46,207 nucleotides of DNA from Nemertoderma westbladi. Lineage: Eukaryota > Animalia > Xenacoelomorpha. The position numbers and the translations under genes are program-made. Below, one piece after another: positions 1 to 12,200 of this stretch. The notes beneath the pieces were generated by a model. It saw only the letters and a program-made list of their open reading frames with translations. It did no database searches and had not been told where the DNA came from. The stretch covers positions 1 through 46,207 of the forward strand of contig JAUCBJ010006978.1 in assembly GCA_032718475.1 (NCBI GenBank). The letters are read 5' to 3'. Each line of letters starts with the position of its first letter. Position 1 is the first letter of the stretch.

Positions 1-1695
1 AATTTCAAGAACAGGCCTAATTATTTCAGGCTCATCTACTATAGTAGGGAGTCTTTCTATTTTAATTATTTGGTCTGTGGGCTCTGTACTACCTAAGTTG
101 GTGTTATTTAGTTGCCTTCTAACAGCTGGAGGCAAATCAGGCAATTTCTGACGGTGGAATGTTCTTTTACGTCTGCTTAGACGAGATCGATTTCTTCCGC
201 CTTCAGTGTCTGTGGTATCGCCTTCCTCAGATGATGTATATCCCTGTCTTTTGGGAGTAGATCGATTCATCATCTGCATATTACTAGCTGCTAACTGTTT
301 ATTTATGCAGTCTTGATTCTCCTGAATGTTTTCCAATTCTAATTGGGTGGTTTCGTCAGCCGCTTTCCTTTCTGCTTCTGCCACTTTTGCCTCTGCCGCT
401 GCCTCTGCCACTGCCTCTGCCGCTTTTGCCTCTGCCGCTGCCTCTGCCACTGCCTCTGCCGCTTTTGCCTTGGCCGCTGCCGCCTTTCTTTCTGCTTCTG
501 CAGCTACTACTGCTGCTTTCTTTCTGTCTTCTATACGTTTTTTCTTTACTTGTTCTTCTCGGTCTCTAGCGATGCGGAGTTGTTCATCGAATTTAGCTTG
601 GTTCGCAGCTAACCTATCCACATCAATTGCATCCAACACACGCTGGGCTCCTTCACTATTAGGGCTAAGCCCATCTAGTCTTCTCCGCAACTCTTCATCA
701 CCTACAAAACGCTGATAGTCTGACAGATAGATGTCAATGGCATCCCTCTTATGCGGTTTCCCTGCCGTCGCTTCACTTTCCACTTGGGAAAAAGTAGCGT
801 CTGTTGATTCTCCATGGGTTGATCGCTCCTCTAGCTGAGCTTTCCACTGAGCAGTTCCTCGAACCTGGAGATTCACTCTTTGAAACCAAGTCTTTACGGC
901 AACTTGCAACGACGTGTCTTGTTTTCTTTTAGAAGCCTCCTCAAAGGCGGATAAGATTAGCCTAATCCGCAGAACTCTTTCTCTAACTTGATAAAGCAGC
1001 GATCCCTGCTCTTGAGGTCCTTGAGATTGTTGAAACAGTTGTCTCTCTACTCGCTCCATAGAGCTGAAGAATCCCTGTGCGTATCCGGCTGCGGACCTCT
1101 TCCATACAGCTGGATCGATGGTTTCCTTGGCTACTCCCATCCGGTGTATGTCTTCCCAGGCAGCTTCTGATAAATCAAACGGGAGTCCGGGTCCGGGGAA
1201 GTTCCATTGCGACTCGACAATAGACTTCAGTTCTTCACTAGTGTATCCCGCATAACTATCTCTAGTTGACCGTTGACTTCTCGCCCAATCGATCTGGTGT
1301 TTTTCCACCGCGATCAATAACCCAGCAAGCACGGCTGCAGGAAGGATGAGAAGGGGATCCGTATAAACCGCATCCGTCATCTCTGCTCCGCTCTCGGGTG
1401 TCAGCTCTACAGTATCCTCACTACTGGAGCTGCTGGGCCGCTGAGGAATAAGTTCTTGACTAGTGGGTTGTTGCTGTTCCGCTGCCTTTTTGTCCCGCTT
1501 GACCTGAGCTCGAGTGCCTATGATAGACCTACGATGTTGGACCAGCCTAGGTTCTGTTATTACTACTGGAGGGATGACCTTCCTCACAGTGGGAGGTGAA
1601 CTGGATTTATGACCAGACTGTTGTACTTCTCTATCTGAGTCGCAGATAGTTACATCTAATAAACTGTCTGACAGATTCTGCTTAGTATCAGACAT
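1..1695 (-). CDS. Long intronless ORF (>=565 aa, open at the window edge). Disordered N-terminus, helical middle and Ala/Glu/Lys coiled-coil; possibly Gag/ORF1-like or cargo protein of a large mobile element
   Basis: ATG at 1695-1693 with an in-frame TAG shortly upstream. Manual translation MSDTKQNLSDSLLDVTICDSD...AAEAERKAAAAKAKAAEAVAEAAAEAK...PEIIRPVLEI has no stop down to base 1. It is absent from the ORF track, presumably because no stop lies in the window. No catalytic motif recognised. Confidence 0.8.
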   Translation of the reverse strand, partial: MSDTKQNLSDSLLDVTICDSDREVQQSGHKSSSPPTVRKVIPPVVITEPRLVQHRRSIIGTRAQVKRDKKAAEQQQPTSQELIPQRPSSSSSEDTVELTPESGAEMTDAVYTDPLLILPAAVLAGLLIAVEKHQIDWARSQRSTRDSYAGYTSEELKSIVESQWNFPGPGLPFDLSEAAWEDIHRMGVAKETIDPAVWKRSAAGYAQGFFSSMERVERQLFQQSQGPQEQGSLLYQVRERVLRIRLILSAFEEASKRKQDTSLQVAVKTWFQRVNLQVRGTAQWKAQLEERSTHGESTDATFSQVESEATAGKPHKRDAIDIYLSDYQRFVGDEELRRRLDGLSPNSEGAQRVLDAIDVDRLAANQAKFDEQLRIARDREEQVKKKRIEDRKKAAVVAAEAERKAAAAKAKAAEAVAEAAAEAKAAEAVAEAAAEAKVAEAERKAADETTQLELENIQENQDCINKQLAASNMQMMNRSTPKRQGYTSSEEGDTTDTEGGRNRSRLSRRKRTFHRQKLPDLPPAVRRQLNNTNLGSTEPTDQIIKIERLPTIVDEPEIIRPVLEI

Positions 1696-1834
1696 GACTA
1701 GGTATGTGCAGTTGAATGCCTACTGCTATATTACAGTCTAAGCAAGTCTAGTAACTCAGTATGAACTGCTAGCCTAGTAATTAATTACCGTTACTGCTAC
1801 TCAATGTAGCGAGATATATATATAATATATTAGA

Positions 1835-2082
1835 ATACCGGTATACTTATAGTATATATAACTATATAAGTATTATTACAGACTAGGTTTATCTCCGAAT
1901 ACCGGTATAATTTTAGCACAAAATATATATAAATATATAATAGGCCTATCGGAATACCGGTATACAGCTTACAGTTTATAGTATATATAATTCTGAAATA
2001 GAATTAATTACAAGTACCGGTATAATTTCAGCCTAGATTTATAGAAATAAAGATAATAGGCCTATCGTAAATACCGGTATAT
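1835..2082. repeat. Loose ~55-63-bp-period repeat built around the palindrome TACCGGTA
   Basis: (A/G)TACCGGTATA at ~1835, 1898, 1953, 2014 and 2070, just upstream of the long ORF. Confidence 0.6.
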
Positions 2083-2596
2083 CAATTGTTTCAAATAATT
2101 GAATTTCTGTTACTTTAGGGTTACTTGGTTACTTTAACTTACTTTATTACCGTTATTTAAGCAGTAATCCAACTGATATTAAGACCTAATGGTTGTATGG
2201 TAGGCCTACTATTTATAAATCTTTAGATTTGATTTATAATATATATATACCCGTTTTAATGGGTTTTGTCAATGTTTGAAATAAATGTTATTATTTCTGG
2301 GGAGTAATCACTACACAAAGCGGTGCGCTTTCAGTGAAGTGTTACTTATAGGACACTAAAACAAATATTACTAATTTACCTAAGTTACTTATACTACAAA
2401 TTACGTACAATTCGGGTTGAGATTACAATCTCTAAATAAACACAAAAATTTACAAAAAACACAAAATACGAATTTTTAGGGTAATTTTACAAGAAGTCTA
2501 CAAACCAGCCTAACAAAGGGTTAGAAAACTGATTATTACAGCGGACGGGGTATTACGGTATTTGAAATAATAAGTAGTAGTAAATACACTGCGTTG

Positions 2597-2684
2597 TCTA
2601 GATAGGAAAATACCACCGCCTGACGACCTATAGCCGTATCGCTATAGGTTCTACATTATGTATCACGGAGTGTTCCTACCTAGA
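2597..2684 (-). other. Long stem-loop in the putative 5' leader of the long ORF
   Basis: Minus strand: outer stem TCTAGGTAGGAA/TTCCTATCTAGA (one G-U) and inner perfect 9-bp stem ACCTATAGC/GCTATAGGT (2626-2649). Confidence 0.5.
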
Positions 2685-3060
2685 AGTTAATAGAGCTAAT
2701 CGAATGTGCCTATCAACCACTTTACAACACAGATATAATGTCTACAATAATTACTTCGGAAAGTACTGTACACTAAACCCTAAATTAGGTACGAGTACTT
2801 GTACAACAGATAATCAGTAGTTAAATATACTTGAACAGCTAAAAGAACCACGGCATCTGCTGGAGTGACCGATGCACAAAATCACCAGTCTTTACCTACG
2901 CCGAGCAGCCCGTGTAGTACCGGGGTTAATTTAACTATAGCGGTATGTATAACAAACACAATTACTGTAGGAACAAACTTGGGGAATGAATGTTGCGGAT
3001 AATCGCATAAATTCTGAATAATAAATATTACGCTACGCGTACAAACTACTCAAACAAAAT

Positions 3061-3587
3061 ACAGACCGAACACTGACAGACTACTATCAAGCCTAAACAA
3101 ACTACGGTATATGCAGACTCCGAAATGATTAGGGAGTATGCGCTCTAACCCAGTAGTGCGACTTATTCTTTTGTTGGGGGTTTACCTTACAGCGTTCGCT
3201 GCCCCTACTGCCTAACCGTACTTAATCGGACAGATGATCTACACACGCGGCAATCCGTTCAGACCTAATAACAGCCAGACAACTATCCAGCCTACAAATT
3301 ATCTAAATAAAATTATACGCTACCCGTACAGACTTACACAAACAAAGTACAGACCAAACGATGGCAGACTACTCTCAAGCCTAAATAAACCTCAGGACAT
3401 GCAGACTCCGAAATGATTAGGGAGTATGCGCTCTAACCCAGTAGTGCGACTTATTCTTTAGTTGGGGGTTTACCTTACAGCGTTCACTGCCCCTACTGCC
3501 TAATCGTACTTAATCGGACAGGTGATCTACACACACTGCAATCCGTTCGGACTTAACAGCAATCAGACAACAGCTCAGCCTACAAAT
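3061..3587. repeat. Direct duplication with a 288-bp offset and a highly conserved ~135-bp core
   Basis: 3111-3245 vs 3399-3533 differ at about 4 positions; the flanking duplicated sequence is visibly more diverged. Confidence 0.9.
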
Positions 3588-4733
3588 CGTCTGTACAATC
3601 TGATCAGGCTTACACGCCTTCTGTTCAATACTGGCCTACAAATAAATAAAACTTGACAGAAATAAGTAAACCATATAAAGGTATAAGGGGTGATCAATCC
3701 CTAATCCCCTAAACAGCCTACCGGTATACAACAATCAAATCGAATAATACTAGTGTACTTATACGGCAGTACCGGTTAGAACAGTTAGGCCTACTGACCT
3801 ACAGGTGTACCGTTCAGGTTTACCGGTTGACCGGTACTTTCAACTTTATTGCTTACTGCAACAAAGAAGCTATATCCTTTAATGTTCGCGCTTTCAGACC
3901 TTTGGCAGTTTAACCCACCAAATTAAGATGTCTGCTAGATATTAAATCGGTTTTTAGTCTATGACAAGTATTTGATTCACTACACTAGTCGAAACCAATC
4001 TGTGCGCGATCATTCACCCGCTGGATATTCCCGGGAGATTGGGTTCGACGGTTTAATTTTATTGCTATGTAAGCCTAATGTATTATTCGACTGACAGTAT
4101 TATATAATCTCTGACAATATTATTTACCTTCGGGAATATTAACAGTTCCTTTAGGACGTGGCGCTTTATCTATATAAACAGAGTTATGACTTAAACTACT
4201 CACAACGATATGGCTTAATTATAATTCACATATATGGCGCATTCTTTAGGAATTGCTTCTTTAACAGACTCACTCATACACAGTGCTGCACAATACTGCA
4301 CACTAATCTGCCAATCTTCACTGATTTTAGTCACATATAAAAGGAACACAGACTGACTCATGTAGGGTCTATCAAATAACATTAGATTCACTTCAAACCA
4401 CTTTAACATAAGTCACAATCGTTTATCTGTAACCCTTCTCTCTTACCTTCGGTATATCAAGAATATTGGGTTTCGGGGTTATTTATCGTTATTCCAAATA
4501 TAATAATTCATCAACCATGTTATGAAGAACTGACAGTAAATAGCAGTATAAAACAACAATGAAAACACTGATTGTTATGAGTTTGCAATGTTTCAGCAGT
4601 CAGTATGTATGATCAGTCAGCAGTCCGCAGATAAAGGATATATGCCCTTTATAATTAAACCTACTAGTGTAAGACTAAAACTAAAACACGGAGGTGCCAA
4701 AGCCGGTTCTTAGGCTCTGGGCAAAAACATAAC

Positions 4734-4793
4734 ACTGAACTACTGAGTTTCTGTATATACCTCCAACACAAAGACAACAAACGCTCTGATTGG
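4734..4793 (-). promoter_or_regulatory. Candidate Pol II core promoter (CCAAT - TATA-like - Inr) pointing toward the long ORF
   Basis: Minus strand CCAAT (4793-4789), TATATA (4759-4754), TCAGT (4746-4742 and 4738-4734); short motifs only. Confidence 0.3.
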
Positions 4794-5082
4794 TCAACCT
4801 GAACAACGAGAGAACAGAGAAACAAAGAAACGTCGACGTGGCAATATCAGCTGCTAGCTGTCGTCATGGTAGCGACACTGTTTTCAAGAGTATCGAGCTT
4901 TTACGTCACGGAATTACGGATTATGTCCTCTAAAGTACAAATACAGAAGAAATAGCTCTTATGTCCGCTAAAACACCAGTACAGCAAGGACACGGCCTTT
5001 TTATGCCTGGTAAACCAACTACAGAGTACTTTACGGGAAAAATAAGGAAAAATAACCGGACAATTCAGTAAAAGCTTTTACA

Positions 5083-5507
5083 ATCCCGGATCCAAAATAA
5101 CATGGTAATTAACTTAAATCCGCATTTTACACTCCGTTCCGGATCCAATAAAACATGGTAATTAACTTGAATCCGCGTTTTACACCCCTTCCCGGATCCA
5201 ATAAAACTTTGTAATAAACCTGAATCCGTATTTTACACCCAATCCCGGATTCAGTAGAAATATGAATCCGCGTTTTACACTCCGTTCAGGATTTAGCCTA
5301 AAACATGAATCCGCGCTTTACACTCCGTTCCGGATCTGAAAAAAAGGCCAATCCGCATTTTACACTCGGTTACGGATTCGGTAAATTTAGCAGTGCGCGG
5401 ATCCGCAGATTACACCCTAAAAATGTAAATTCAGTCGACTTCCATAGGGATAATGTTAAATGATAGAATCCGGATCCTGATCCGGATCCGCGTTTTACTC
5501 TGACCCC
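5083..5507 (-). mobile_element. Sub-repeated, TIR-like terminus of a DNA transposon (Mutator/FoldBack-like architecture)
   Basis: About 8 copies of ATCCGC(G/A)TTTTACAC interspersed with CCGGATCC, ending sharply in ...TTTTACTCTGACCCC; no partner end found in the window. Confidence 0.45.
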
Positions 5508-6227
5508 CTTTTAAAGGAAAGTAGCAGGTTATAATGGCAGGCTAAAACTAAATTTAGGAACACAGTTTACAGTAAAATTTTTACTTCTAGGCACTAATTT
5601 TTCGATATTAATTTAACATTAACCCTATGAGAAGGCTGAAAAGACACCCCAATTGGCTTTTTGCGCACGGTACTAAGATAAACTGAAAGTATTATTTGTT
5701 CCACTAACTCTAACAGGCCTAAATATTACATGTAAATAAACCTGTCCTGGAATATAGCGTCGTTATTAAGGTACCCCCCCCCCCCCCCCCCCCCCTCCAA
5801 ATCGTTATACAAATCTTAATGAGATTGCATGAAATTGCTTTCAGTGATTGCTTTCAGTCTCTATAGCTAAAAGAGTTTGAAGAAGGTGTCCAAAAAAGGG
5901 AGAGGGGCATGTAGCAAAATAACGTCACTATATCGAGTAGATGGTTTATATATTTTGTATTAAGTATTACTATAAAGTGCACGTAGGGCTAGGGCTAGCA
6001 ACATAACCCTCCCACACCACGAGACTTTTTAGATACTAAGCGAAGCCCGTTTCGTGCGTGGGACGCGAACATATACTTTCAGTTTCTTATATATGGAAAA
6101 ATCAATAATTTATCGAGTGGTGTAATTTGCTCCAAACATTTACGACCTTTTTGCCCACCAGCCTAACACCTATCCAAATCACCCGAAGCAACTAACCTTT
6201 ACTGACTATAATATCATATACCTAAGG

Positions 6228-6298
6228 TCGACTTTATTCCAGCAGGCCAGGAAGAGATTTAAATACACCAGGAGAGATTCCTATGATTTCGAGTTGTT
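6228..6298 (-). mobile_element. LINE ORF2 relic, continuation beyond the 68-bp array
   Basis: Minus strand reads NSKS-(frameshift)-GISPGVFKSLP, the expected continuation of the relic at 17435-17720. Confidence 0.55.
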
Positions 6299-9200
6299 CA
6301 TTTCATTAGTTACACCGAGGTCAACCCGCCCTATCCCAAACTGTATCAATATGATTTCGAGTTGTTCATTTCATTAGTGACACCGAGGTCAACCCGCCCT
6401 ATCCCAAACTGTATCAATATGATTTCGAGTTGTTCATTTCATTAGTGACACCGAGGTCAACCCGCCCTATCCCAAACTGTATCAATATGATTTCGAGTTG
6501 TTCATTTCATTAGTCACACCGAGGTCAACCCGCCCTACCCCAAACTGTATCAATATGATTTCGAGTTGTTCATTTCATTAGTGACACCGAGGTCAACCCG
6601 CCCTACCCCAAACTGTATCAATATGATTTCGAGTTGTTCATTTCATTAGTTACACCGAGGTCAACCCGCCCTATCCCAAACTGTATCAATATGATTTCGA
6701 GTTGTTCATTTCATTAGTGACACCGAGGTCAACCCGCCCTATCCCAAACTGTATCAATATGATTTCGAGTTGTTCATTTCATTAGTCACACCGAGGTCAA
6801 CCCGCCCTACCCCAAACTGTATCAATATGATTTCGAGTTGTTCATTTCATTAGTGACACCGAGGTCAACCCGCCCTATCCCAAACTGTATCAATATGATT
6901 TCGAGTTGTTCATTTCATTAGTGACACCGAGGTCAACCCGCTCTACCCCAAACTGTATCAATATGATTTCGAGTTGTTCATTTCATTAGTGACACCGAGG
7001 TCAACCCGCTCTACCCCAAACTGTATCAATATGATTTCGAATTGTTCATTTCATTAGTGACACCGAGGTCAACCCGCTCTACCCCAAACTGTATCAATAT
7101 GATTTCGAGTTGTTCATTTCATTAGTGACACCGAGGTCAACCCGCCCTACCCCAAACTGTATCAATATGATTTCGAGTTGTTCATTTCATTAGTGACACC
7201 GAGGTCAACCCGCTCTACCCCAAACTGTATCAATATGATTTCGAGTTGTTCATTTCATTAGTGACACCGAGGTCAACCCGCTCTACCCCAAACTGTATCA
7301 ATATGATTTCGAGTTGTTCATTTCATTAGTGACACCGAGGTCAACCCGCTCTACCCCAAACTGTATCAATATGATTTCGAGTTGTTCATTTCATTAGTGA
7401 CACCGAGGTCAACCCGCCCTACCCCAAACTGTATCAATATGATTTCGAGTTGTTCATTTCATTAGTGACACCGAGGTCAACCCGCTCTACCCCAAACTGT
7501 ATCAATATGATTTCGAGTTGTTCATTTCATTAGTGACACCGAGGTCAACCCGCTCTACCCCAAACTGTATCAATATGATTTCGAGTTGTTCATTTCATTA
7601 GTGACACCGAGGTCAACCCGCTCTACCCCAAACTGTATCAATATGATTTCGAGTTGTTCATTTCATTAGTGACACCGAGGTCAACCCGCCCTACCCCAAA
7701 CTGTATCAATATGATTTCGAGTTGTTCATTTCATTAGTGACACCGAGGTCAACCCGCCCTACCCCAAACTGTATCAATATGATTTCGAGTTGTTCATTTC
7801 ATTAGTGACACCGAGGTCAACCCGCCCTACCCCAAACTGTATCAATATGATTTCGAGTTGTTCATTTCATTAGTGACACCGAGGTCAACCCGCCCTACCC
7901 CAAACCTTATCAATATGATTTCGAGTTGTTCATTTCATTAGTGACACCGAGGTCAACCCGCCCGACCCCAAACTGTATCAATATGATTTCGAGTTGTTCA
8001 TTTCATTAGTGACACCGAGGTCAACCCGCCCTACCCCAAACTGTATCAATATGTTTTCGAGTTGTTCATTTCATTAGTGACACCGAGGTCAACCCGCCCT
8101 ATCCCAAACTGTATCAATATGATTTCGAGTTGTTCATTTCATTAGTCACACCGAGGTCAACCCGCCCTACCCCAAACCTTATCAATATGATTTCGAGTTG
8201 TTCATTTCATTAGTGACACCAAGGTCAACCTGCCCTACCCCAAACTGTATCAATATGATTTCGAGTTGTTCATTTCATTAGTGACACCGAGGTCAACCTG
8301 CCCTACCCCAAACTGTATCAATATGATTTCGAGTTGTTCATTTCATTAGTGACACCGAGGTCAACCTGCCCTACCCCAAACTGTATCAATATGATTTCGA
8401 GTTGTTCATTTCATTAGTGACACCGAGGTCAACCCGCCCTACCCCAAACTGTATCAATATGATTTCGAGTTGTTCATTTCATTAGTCACACCGAGGTCAA
8501 CCTGCCCTACCCCAAACTGTATCAATATGATTTCGAGTTGTTCATTTCATTAGTGACACCGAGGTCAACCCGCCCTACCCCAAACTGTATCAATATGATT
8601 TCGAGTTGTTCATTTCATTAGTCACACCGAGGTCAACCTGCCCTACCCCAAACTGTATCAATATGATTTCGAGTTGTTCATTTCATTAGTGACACCGAGG
8701 TCAACCCGCCCTACCCCAAACTGTATCAATATGATTTCGAGTTGTTCATTTCATTAGTGACACCGAGGACAACCTGCCCTACCCCAAACTGTATCAATAT
8801 GATTTCGAGTTGTTCATTTCATTAGTCACACCGAGGTCAACCTGCCCTACCCCAAACTGTATCAATATGATTTCGAGTTGTTCATTTCATTAGTGACACC
8901 GAGGTCAACCCGCCCTACCCCAAACCTTATCAATATGATTTCGAGTTGTTCATTTCATTAGTGACACCGAGGTCAACCCGCCCTACCCCAAACTGTATCA
9001 ATATGATTTCGAGTTGTTCATTTCATTAGTGACACCGAGGTCAACCCGCCCTACCCCAAACTGTATCAATATGATTTCGAGTTGTTCATTTCATTAGTGA
9101 CACCGAGGTCAACCCGCCCTACCCCAAACTGTATCAATATGATTTCGAGTTGTTCATTTCATTAGTGACACCGAGGTCAACCCGCCCTACCCCAAACCTT

Positions 9201-12200
9201 ATCAATATGATTTCGAGTTGTTCATTTCATTAGTGACACCGAGGTCAACCCGCCCTACCCCAAACTGTATCAATATGATTTCGAGTTGTTCATTTCATTA
9301 GTGACACCGAGGTCAACCCGCCCTACCCCAAACTGTATCAATATGATTTCGAGTTGTTCATTTCATTAGTGACACCAAGGTCAACCCGCCCTACCCCAAA
9401 CTGTATCCATATGATTTCGAGTTGTTCATTTCATTAGTGACACCAAGGTCAACCCGCCCTACCCCAAACTGTATCAATATGATTTAGAGTTGTTCATTTC
9501 ATTAGTCACACCGAGGTCAACCTGCCCGACCCCAAACTGTATCAATATGATTTCGAGTTGTTCATTTCATTAGTGACACCGAGGTCAACCCGCTCTACCC
9601 CAAACTGTATCAATATGATTTCGAGTTGTTCATTTCATTAGTGACACCGAGGTCAACCCGCCCTACCCCAAACTGTATCAATATGATTTCGAGTTGTTCA
9701 TTTCATTAGTGACACCGAGGTCAACCCGCTCTACCCCAAACTGTATCAATATGATTTCGAGTTGTTCATTTCATTAGTGACACCGAGGTCAACCCGCTCT
9801 ACCCCAAACTGTATCAATATGATTTCGAGTTGTTCATTTCATTAGTGACACCGAGGTCAACCCGCTCTACCCCAAACTGTATCAATATGATTTCGAGTTG
9901 TTCATTTCATTAGTGACACCGAGGTCAACCCGCCCTACCCCAAACTGTATCAATATGATTTCGAGTTGTTCATTTCATTAGTGACACCGAGGTCAACCCG
10001 CTCTACCCCAAACTGTATCAATATGATTTCGAGTTGTTCATTTCATTAGTGACACCGAGGTCAACCCGCTCTACCCCAAACTGTATCAATATGATTTCGA
10101 GTTGTTCATTTCATTAGTGACACCGAGGTCAACCCGCTCTACCCCAAACTGTATCAATATGATTTCGAGTTGTTCATTTCATTAGTGACACCGAGGTCAA
10201 CCCGCCCTACCCCAAACTGTATCAATATGATTTCGAGTTGTTCATTTCATTAGTGACACCGAGGTCAACCCGCCCTACCCCAAACTGTATCAATATGATT
10301 TCGAGTTGTTCATTTCATTAGTGACACCGAGGTCAACCCGCCCTACCCCAAACTGTATCAATATGATTTCGAGTTGTTCATTTCATTAGTGACACCGAGG
10401 TCAACCCGCCCTACCCCAAACCTTATCAATATGATTTCGAGTTGTTCATTTCATTAGTGACACCGAGGTCAACCCGCCCGACCCCAAACTGTATCAATAT
10501 GATTTCGAGTTGTTCATTTCATTAGTGACACCAAGGTCAACCCGCCCTACCCCAAACCTTATCAATATGATTTCGAGTTGTTCATTTCATTAGTGACACC
10601 AAGGTCAACCTGCCCTACCCCAAACTGTATCAATATGATTTCGAGTTGTTCATTTCATTAGTGACACCGAGGTCAACCTGCCCTACCCCAAACTGTATCA
10701 ATATGATTTCGAGTTGTTCATTTCATTAGTGACACCGAGGTCAACCTGCCCTACCCCAAACTGTATCAATATGATTTCGAGTTGTTCATTTCATTAGTGA
10801 CACCGAGGTCAACCCGCCCTACCCCAAACTGTATCAATATGATTTCGAGTTGTTCATTTCATTAGTGACACCGAGGTCAACCCGCCCTACCCCAAACTGT
10901 ATCAATATGATTTCGAGTTGTTCATTTCATTAGTCACACCGAGGTCAACCTGCCCTACCCCAAACTGTATCAATATGATTTAGAGTTGTTCATTTCATTA
11001 GTGACACCGAGGTCAACCTGCCCTACCCCAAACTGTATCAATATGATTTCGAGTTGTTCATTTCATTAGTGACACCGAGGTCAACCCGCCCTACTCCAAA
11101 CTGTATCAATATGATTTCGAGTTGTTCATTTCATTAGTGACACCGAGGTCAACCTGCCCTACCCCAAACTGTATCAATATGATTTCGAGTTGTTCATTTC
11201 ATTAGTGACACCGAGGTCAACCCGCCCTACCCCAAACTGTATCAATATGATTTCGAGTTGTTCATTTCATTAGTGACACCGAGGTCAACCCGCCCTACCC
11301 CAAACTGTATCAATATGATTTCGAGTTGTTCATTTCATTAGTGACACCGAGGTCAACCTGCCCTACCCCAAACTGTATCAATATGATTTCGAGTTGTTCA
11401 TTTCATTAGTGACACCGAGGTCAACCCGCCCTACCCCAAACCTTATCAATATGATTTCGAGTTGTTCATTTCATTAGTGACACCGAGGTCAACCCGCCCT
11501 ACCCCAAACTGTATCAATATGATTTCGAGTTGTTCATTTCATTAGTGACACCGAGGTCAACCCGCCCTACCCCAAACTGTATCAATATGATTTCGAGTTG
11601 TTCATTTCATTAGTGACACCGAGGTCAACCCGCCCTACCCCAAACTGTATCAATATGATTTCGAGTTGTTCATTTCATTAGTGACACCGAGGTCAACCCG
11701 CCCGACCCCAAACTGTATCAATATGATTTCGAGTTGTTCATTTCATTAGTCACACCGAGGTCAACCTGCCCTACCCCAAACTGTATCCATATGATTTCGA
11801 GTTGTTCATTTCATTAGTCACACCGAGGTCAACCTGCCCTACCCCAAACTGTATCAATATGATTTCGAGTTGTTCATTTCATTAGTCACACCGAGGTCAA
11901 CCCGCCCTACCCCAAACTGTATCAATATGATTTCGAGTTGTTCATTTCATTAGTCACACCGAGGTCAACCCTCCCTACCCCAAACTGTATCAATATGATT
12001 TCGAGTTGTTCATTTCATTAGTCACACCGAGGTCAACCCGCCCTACCCCAAACTGTATCAATATGATTTCGAGTTGTTCATTTCATTAGTCACACCGAGG
12101 TCAACCCGCCCGACCCCAAACTGTATCAATGTGATTTCGAGTTGTTCATTTCATTAGTGACACCGAGGTCAACCCGCCCTACCCCAAACTGTATCAATAT

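Noticed and set aside
326-715. Ala-, Cys- and Pro/Leu-rich plus-strand ORFs
   Set aside because: Antisense shadows of the Ala/Glu/Lys repeat in the minus-strand ORF 1-1695
4515-4734. Possible 217-bp LTR (TGTTATG...CATAACA) followed on the minus strand by TGGTTGATGAAT as primer-binding site
   Set aside because: No second LTR in the window, no polyadenylation signal, and I cannot match the putative PBS to a tRNA 3' end; a 7-bp inverted match may be chance
5619-6070. TTAACCCTAT piggyBac-like left end and a Helitron-like 3' hairpin
   Set aside because: Too degenerate, and no matching partner ends nearby
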